Assembly: GCA_052426225.1 (NCBI GenBank)
Contig: JBNJNM010000011.1
Coordinates: 3,100,001 to 3,164,000 of the forward strand
DNA length: 64,000 bases
Source of the DNA: Zancudomyces culisetae HAW-14-8
Lineage: Eukaryota > Fungi > Kickxellomycota
Direction: 5' to 3'
A program made the translations under genes and the position numbers. Under the pieces are notes generated by a model. The model saw only the letters and a program-made list of their open reading frames with translations, was not told the origin of the DNA and did not search any database. Positions 58,075-64,000 of the stretch are shown piece after piece (the first letter of the stretch is position 1; each line of letters starts with the position of its first letter).

Positions 58075-58917
58075 ATGAACAAAGAGAGTCAATATGGTTA
58101 TAACACCAATCCTTACAGAACAGCAGAAGAAGCAAGTATAGCCGATTACTCTAACGATAGTCGACCTACAGGGTACCTACATGGCGCTGAGCACCACAGT
58201 AATCAGCAATATAGAGACACAGCTCCAAATTCCACGGTATTCACTGGCGGTGCGGAGAAAGGGAAGAGAAAGAGGAAACTAATAACAAAGAAGTGTTGTA
58301 TTATCTTTTGGATTGTTGTTGTTGTTTTACTTATAATATTAGGAGTAGCAGGGTATTTCTTGGTGCCCAGGATTCCCACGGCAAACTTTGAAAATTTAGA
58401 AGTCGGGACAGTGCTAAGTTCGAAAGGGCCTGTGGATGCAAGTAGAGATGTTACCAGCAAAATAAAATTAGATACATCTGGTTCTATTTTCGTGCCACTT
58501 GTACTTGAAGTTAGCGTTGACAATCCAAACTATATTCCATGGACCTTCAAAAACGTTACAGTTGACGTGGACTTGATATTAAGCGATGGAAGTAAAGCGT
58601 ACATTGGGTTAGGAGGCTTGCCAAACTCATTTAAAATGCCAGCGAAAAGTAAAAGTAACACAATGTTTATAAACTTTCCTGTGAATATTTCGGCCCAAGA
58701 CCCCAACTTGAAAAATATTGCCAGTACAATGGTCGAATCATGTTTCGGTGCCGGCAAAAGGCTCAAAATCAGCTATGAAGCTACCGTTTTGGTAAATGGA
58801 ATCTCATGGCTGGGCATCAAGCCCAAGATAACAGATACAGCCAGCTTTGCATGTCCCCTAACTGGTATATTGGGTCCTCGTTCTGATCTTCTGGATATGT
58901 TACAAAGCGTATTATAG
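58075..58917 (+). CDS. Single-pass membrane protein with LEA_2-like beta-sandwich domain
   Basis: Basic/Cys stretch (KRKRK...KKCC), then a TM ending in PRIP, VSVDNPNYIPW motif and a conserved-looking Cys pair (SCFG...ACP). Confidence 0.7.
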   Translation: MNKESQYGYNTNPYRTAEEASIADYSNDSRPTGYLHGAEHHSNQQYRDTAPNSTVFTGGAEKGKRKRKLITKKCCIIFWIVVVVLLIILGVAGYFLVPRIPTANFENLEVGTVLSSKGPVDASRDVTSKIKLDTSGSIFVPLVLEVSVDNPNYIPWTFKNVTVDVDLILSDGSKAYIGLGGLPNSFKMPAKSKSNTMFINFPVNISAQDPNLKNIASTMVESCFGAGKRLKISYEATVLVNGISWLGIKPKITDTASFACPLTGILGPRSDLLDMLQSVL

Positions 58918-59834
58918 GAGATTCATGATATTTCAACACATGTTCACCTGAAGGCGATAGCCATAACCGTACAACATACTAATACACAGTAACTCAAAAA
59001 AAACAGTGAAGGCTGTGTGTTTTACAAAGGTGCAACACACCATAAGTTTTTTCCCATTTTCATCGCTGTATTAGTTGAAAATTTGTATTTATTATATTTC
59101 TAGCTACACTTATTTTTGAAATATTAGTCATTAACTAAAAAAAGACTTCGCCTGTTATGACTTGTATGGTGTATGTGAGTACTTGCACCCTCGTTATAGA
59201 TCTCATTATTGACGTTTTACGCTAAGTATAACTTGACATTAGGTAATCTTGATCAATATAATGTCTGCTAACATTAAACCATTTACTAAACTTTGTATAT
59301 TATTCTTTTGCGAAGTGCACATACATGTACACACATACATTACCAAACCAGAGCCCGAGAAATCCTGAAAAAAGTGCACTAATAACAACACGTAAACTGC
59401 GAGTCAAAGTAGGTTTGCGATTTTCAGTTTAATTACGCAAACATGCTTCAAAAAAAAATAGAAAAAACAAACCAGTCGGATGGCAGGTTCTATTCGTGAA
59501 CAAGGGTGTCGGACTGATGGGTGAAAGACGGCTATTGGTAATGATACCAAAATAATATTCATAAAAACAAGTAGAAGGGTAAAAATTATCAATATCTATG
59601 CGTATTTCCAAGCAATTTTGTGATGAACCTAAAATGGCGATAATATTTGTGGCGGGTCATGATTCTTGGTTCTTGAAGAACTCAGTGCGACTATTATCTT
59701 TAAGTGCATAGAAAACGCGGAAATGTAATTGCAAAGTATGAATAGATACTTAATGTAGCGGCAAAACAAAATAGTAATGTAGACAACAACAGTGATCCGC
59801 TTACTACAGCTTATTAAAAGTCAAAAGGAGAAAA

Positions 59835-61160
59835 TCACATAACAGGGCATTGGCCAGGCTTATGTGAGGAGTCGGAGCCTTCTGGCATATCAAGTTGCGG
59901 CGCTACTTTTTCTAGAATCTCCGGTGGGGGCTCGCCATTATTTTGTGTCTAAAATAAAATTGTTAACAAACACTGTTAGCTAAACAAGCACGCATTATAC
60001 ATATTGAATGTACACACGTGTGTATAAATGGGAAAGACTATACTAGTACGTACCAGTTCTAGCAGCTCGGTAACCTTTTTTTTGGACGCTTCAGTGTTAT
60101 AATCTGGACTATCAAATATCTCAACAATCTTTTTAATCCCAGAATACTGAGCATGGTATCGTGTCATATCCTTTTCGTCAACTTTCCCATCAAATTTCTC
60201 AAAATACTTGGGATACTATTTCATAAAGAATGAAAAATGTTGATTTTTACCAGGTGTGATTGCTGTTAGTAGTGATATAATATTAATATACTTTCAATGT
60301 TTGTTGTTTCTAAAAAATTACCTCTTCAAGTAGTAGCTTCATAGGCTCATATAAAATATCCTTTACGGACATTTCAGACATCACCTGGCTCAGAAGCTTT
60401 TCGATCTCTGAGTCATTCATTATTTCATCAAAACCCCCTGCTTGTCCCAAAACATCTAGTGGATTGCCGCTAAAACCGCCGATGCCCGCAGAAACCTTTT
60501 GTTTGGCCATCTCATCACTTTCATTGATTTTATCCATTGTCTGCTGGATCTTCTCCTGTAGATTTGCTGGTTTCTTTTTAGGCTCGGCGCTAGCGTTATC
60601 TCCTGGTTTTCTGCTTTTTTCCGCCAATTGTTTCTGCACATCTTGTGGATTTGAAAGTGATTTATTAAACTCTTCGAGCTCCTTAGGGTCTATGTTAAGC
60701 ATGGAGGCGAACTGCTTTTCAAGTGCTGCAAAGTTCATTTGACCAGCCGAGGTTTGAGGATTATCAGCAATGCCCTTAATAATGGTATTAAATTCATCTG
60801 CAAATTCAGCGCCGTCAAATTCTTCGCCATCAAGAAGATTATTCATTTCTTTTGCAAGCTGTGCAGCGAATTCATCATTCATCAGCTCGCTTAAATCAAA
60901 ATCAGTACCCTCCTTGGGCTTTTCCTCACCAGAAATTTTGGTTTCTTCAGCCGCTACTTCAGATTTCTTATCCGCGATCTTACTCTCCACAGCAGAAACA
61001 CTTTTTTGCGGTTCTACTCTTTCGAATTCATCTAGCGCATCTATTGGGATAGTTTAAAATATAGTTCTAGATTGATGACAGCAAAAAAATGAAAGTAAAA
61101 AAAACAGAACTACCTACCATCTAACAGATCATCGAAATCGTTATCCGAATTGTGGTCCAT
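59835..61160 (-). CDS. PEX19: Peroxin Pex19 (PMP import receptor); 4 exons
   Basis: Exons 61160-61118, 61040-60322, 60215-60054, 59948-59835. N-terminal DFDDLLD|DALDEF Pex3-binding motif, KDILYEPMK...YPKY, GEPPPEI, and C-terminal CaaX CPVM*. Confidence 0.93.
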
Positions 61161-62094
61161 GATTTATTGACTAGAATAAGAGAAGATGTGTCTATATGAA
61201 AATAAGGTATAGTCTTATATTCTATCTATGTAGGGACTATTATTCCTACAACGCAATTAATTAGAACAGGTTGAAATATTCTTTCATCCAATTTAGGGTA
61301 ATGTTCAAGCTTCAACATTCCAACTAGTTCAAACTCACATTACATAATCTGCGTAGAAAACGAAGTTCTTAAAGAAATGTGAAACTTGAATGCTGGATTG
61401 ACAATCCATTGGCTAAAAAGGGCCTGATTCAAAAAATTGTTTTTTATTTTTTTATTTTAGCAATGCAGATCTGAAACGAACACGTTCCTAGCGACGCCAG
61501 GATGTATTGGGTGTACAGTGTGATTTAATCAGGATTTAAAAGAAATTTGCAAAAAACGAAAAAAAAAAAAAATCTCATCAGTCGGCTACACCTGTTTACC
61601 TGAACCGCTCAGTGGTAAACAAACTAGCAACAAATGTATTTGAACTGGCGTTGTTCTAGGTAGCAAAGGGTTATAATTTAATGGGACAAGGTGTATGTTT
61701 AAATGGCATGGACACAACAGCAAGAAAGGATGTGCAATTCACAGAATAATGACAGGTTACCATCTTTGTCAGGGACTCCTATTTCCTTTCTTTCTTGCGT
61801 TTTTTCGTTTTCTTTTTTTATTTTACGTTTGTTAGTACCACAAACAACACTCGAGCGCAGAAATCTACTGAATACTCTGAGTATCGTCCTATGAAAAAAT
61901 ATCCACATACAAGTAGAAATAATTAAAAATATAAAAAGCAAGATTATCATATTTGCTGACACTAGAAAATAAAAAAGAGATGATGCATAGCGTTTATTAT
62001 ACTCGTAATAATATTCATAATGACAAACAGATATAACGTTTATTGAATAGAAGTATAGACTAAAAGGAAGTTAGGATTAATAATCAAGTGGAAA

Positions 62095-63849
62095 TCAGAA
62101 ACGATGAACAATTGCATCGACATCAACCAAATCCAACCTAGATAGATCTCTTCCCTGCCATTTATCAGCGCGATACCCAGTTTTTTGAGAAACAGGGTCA
62201 TTTGCTATAATTTTTGAGATGTCGTCCAAATCCAATGAGAGAATGTCTTTGACAAATTTTCCCACATCGGTATTTTCCACATTTCCTCGTAGCTGAGAGG
62301 CCTTGTAGCCGTATGCATACAAGTTAACATCAACCGCCGAATGTCCGTGCGTAGACCAACCGATCTGGGCACGGGTGGAGACCAGGTCAGACAGGTGTTG
62401 TCTGAGTTCGACAATATCAGTCGTATTAGCAAGGTTTACAACTTCTTCTTCAGTATAATCTTTGATTCCATACCACTTGGGCAAAATTGTGCTTTTTAGC
62501 AGGTCATACTTGAGTTTGTAGCTAGAAATGGTTGGTATGTCCGAATCTATGTTGTACAAATACTTGGAAACAGTTTCAGATGAGTTTTTAACGTTATGGA
62601 GAACGTGGGGGTTCCATAAATACTCAGGGTACTCTTTATTCAGTTGACGAGCCAAGGTGACACCGCCGGTTTCGTGATCAGATACACTTATAAGGACTGT
62701 GTTTGGATTGGCGTTGACAAATTGTTTGGCAACATCAATCGCCTTCCAGTATGCCAAAATATCTTGTAAGTGGGCTGCAGGGTCATTTGAGTGAGCTGCC
62801 ATATCGATTCTTGAGCCCTCAATCATAACAAAAAATGATGTTTCGTCGCGCTTTGATTGTTTTTTCAATATACTCAAGGCCTTTTCAGTCATCTCCGCCA
62901 ACGATGGCTCCTTTAACTTTTCTCGATCAATTTCATAATTCATATGACTCGCTGTAAATAATCCCAATAATGGCAATCGATGCTCCAGTTGCTCAAATTC
63001 CTTCCTTGTTTGTATGACATTAAACCCCTTATTGTTTATTGCTTCCTTGAGCAGATTCCGATTATCCATTCTACACCCGTTCATCTCTGTGCTTGGAACA
63101 AACTTGCAGTATCCACCACCAAGCATCAAATCTACTGTTCTCCCTAAAGAATAATTTCCTATTAAATATTCAGCTATTAAGTCTTCCATGTTTCTATCGA
63201 TAACATGTGCTGCAAACGAACCCGGTGTTGCATGTGTAATTCTACTTGTGGAAACCAAACCTGTGTACATGCCTTTTTTCTTAGCAGCCTCAAGTATTGT
63301 TCCACATGGCCTTTTGTCATCTGTCACACCAATTGCTCCATTGTAGGACTTTAACCCACATGAGAATGCCGTAGCTCCTGCCGCACTATCAGTTATTAAA
63401 CTATCCGAAGATTGAGTTCTTGAACTTCCCACTAGCATTTCATCAAGCGGGCTTCGCCAGTTCACCTTCAGCCCATTCATAGTCTGGTAGTACTGTCTTG
63501 CCAGTGTCTCTGATGCTGGCCCAAATCCGTCCGATATCATAAATATAACATTTATTGGCTCGTCACTTTTGCTTTCCGCTCTTCCCTTATTTTTCTGCGC
63601 TAATCCTCCATCCTTGGCTATTAAAAGCAGGATTAGTGCCATTGTCGAGACCAAAGCACCTCCAAATAACACTGCTGCGACTTTGGGCCAACATTGTTTT
63701 GTTTTTACGATCTTTTCATCACCACCACTGTGGGCAAGTAGTTGTAAATTTACTTCTTTACTGGATTCTACATTTGTTTCAATTTCGTTCCCAAGCTCCA
63801 GCCGAATCTGTGAAATGGAGCCCTCTCTGGGGATATTACTTTGCGACAT
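62095..63849 (-). CDS. PHO8: Vacuolar-type alkaline phosphatase (Pho8-like, type II membrane anchor)
   Basis: N-terminal TM, NVIFMISDG, catalytic TDSAAGATA, THATP, EGSRIDMAAH, SDHETGG and THGHSAVDV. Confidence 0.95.
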   Translation of the reverse strand: MSQSNIPREGSISQIRLELGNEIETNVESSKEVNLQLLAHSGGDEKIVKTKQCWPKVAAVLFGGALVSTMALILLLIAKDGGLAQKNKGRAESKSDEPINVIFMISDGFGPASETLARQYYQTMNGLKVNWRSPLDEMLVGSSRTQSSDSLITDSAAGATAFSCGLKSYNGAIGVTDDKRPCGTILEAAKKKGMYTGLVSTSRITHATPGSFAAHVIDRNMEDLIAEYLIGNYSLGRTVDLMLGGGYCKFVPSTEMNGCRMDNRNLLKEAINNKGFNVIQTRKEFEQLEHRLPLLGLFTASHMNYEIDREKLKEPSLAEMTEKALSILKKQSKRDETSFFVMIEGSRIDMAAHSNDPAAHLQDILAYWKAIDVAKQFVNANPNTVLISVSDHETGGVTLARQLNKEYPEYLWNPHVLHNVKNSSETVSKYLYNIDSDIPTISSYKLKYDLLKSTILPKWYGIKDYTEEEVVNLANTTDIVELRQHLSDLVSTRAQIGWSTHGHSAVDVNLYAYGYKASQLRGNVENTDVGKFVKDILSLDLDDISKIIANDPVSQKTGYRADKWQGRDLSRLDLVDVDAIVHRF

Positions 63850-64000
63850 TACTGTCCCTATTGGTTGAAGCGTGTTTTCTTCCTGAAGCGAGATTTTTAA
63901 AGTTTAATCTGGAGCCTCTTCCCCTTAGCTTACTTTGCTAAATTGTAAGTTTACCTATTATATGCTGAATCCCTTGTATTAACCGCCTTAATATAGAATA

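Noticed and set aside
1-64000. CRISPR arrays, transposons/retroelements, rRNA, telomere arrays, selenoprotein genes
   Set aside because: No regularly spaced repeats, transposase/RT/integrase motifs, rRNA-like segments, TTAGGG arrays, or TGA-interrupted redox ORFs seen. SECIS elements cannot be assessed reliably by eye.

Overview
AT-rich eukaryotic (fungal) genomic DNA with about 22 protein-coding genes, 10 of them split by short GT-AG introns that I reconstructed by hand with consistent phases. Genes: aquaglyceroporin, cyclin E-like cyclin, Tbf1/TRF-like telobox protein, mitoribosomal uS4 (NAM9), Opy2-like membrane protein, Gcn4/Cpc1-like bZIP, PIG-Y-domain protein, chitin synthase, TBC Rab-GAP, U2AF1, CDC45, aconitase, YbeY, Cdc3-type septin, CAP/SCP protein, RCC1-repeat Fmp25-like protein, ATP12, AHA1, PKA catalytic subunit, LEA_2-like protein, PEX19 and vacuolar alkaline phosphatase. 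Chitin synthase together with a cyclin E-like gene and YbeY points to an early-diverging, non-Dikarya fungus (inference). I found no credible tRNA, rRNA, transposon or CRISPR array. The most striking unexplained signal is a kb-scale purine-to-pyrimidine sawtooth. Synonymous codons switch almost completely from A/G-ending to C/T-ending along long genes, and introns and UTRs appear to follow the same skew. Other highlights: a five-uORF leader on the Gcn4-like gene, with the last uORF in frame with the CDS; overlapping convergent aconitase and YbeY coding sequences; an aquaglyceroporin lacking both NPA motifs and the filter Arg; and TAG at all 26 inferred splice acceptors.
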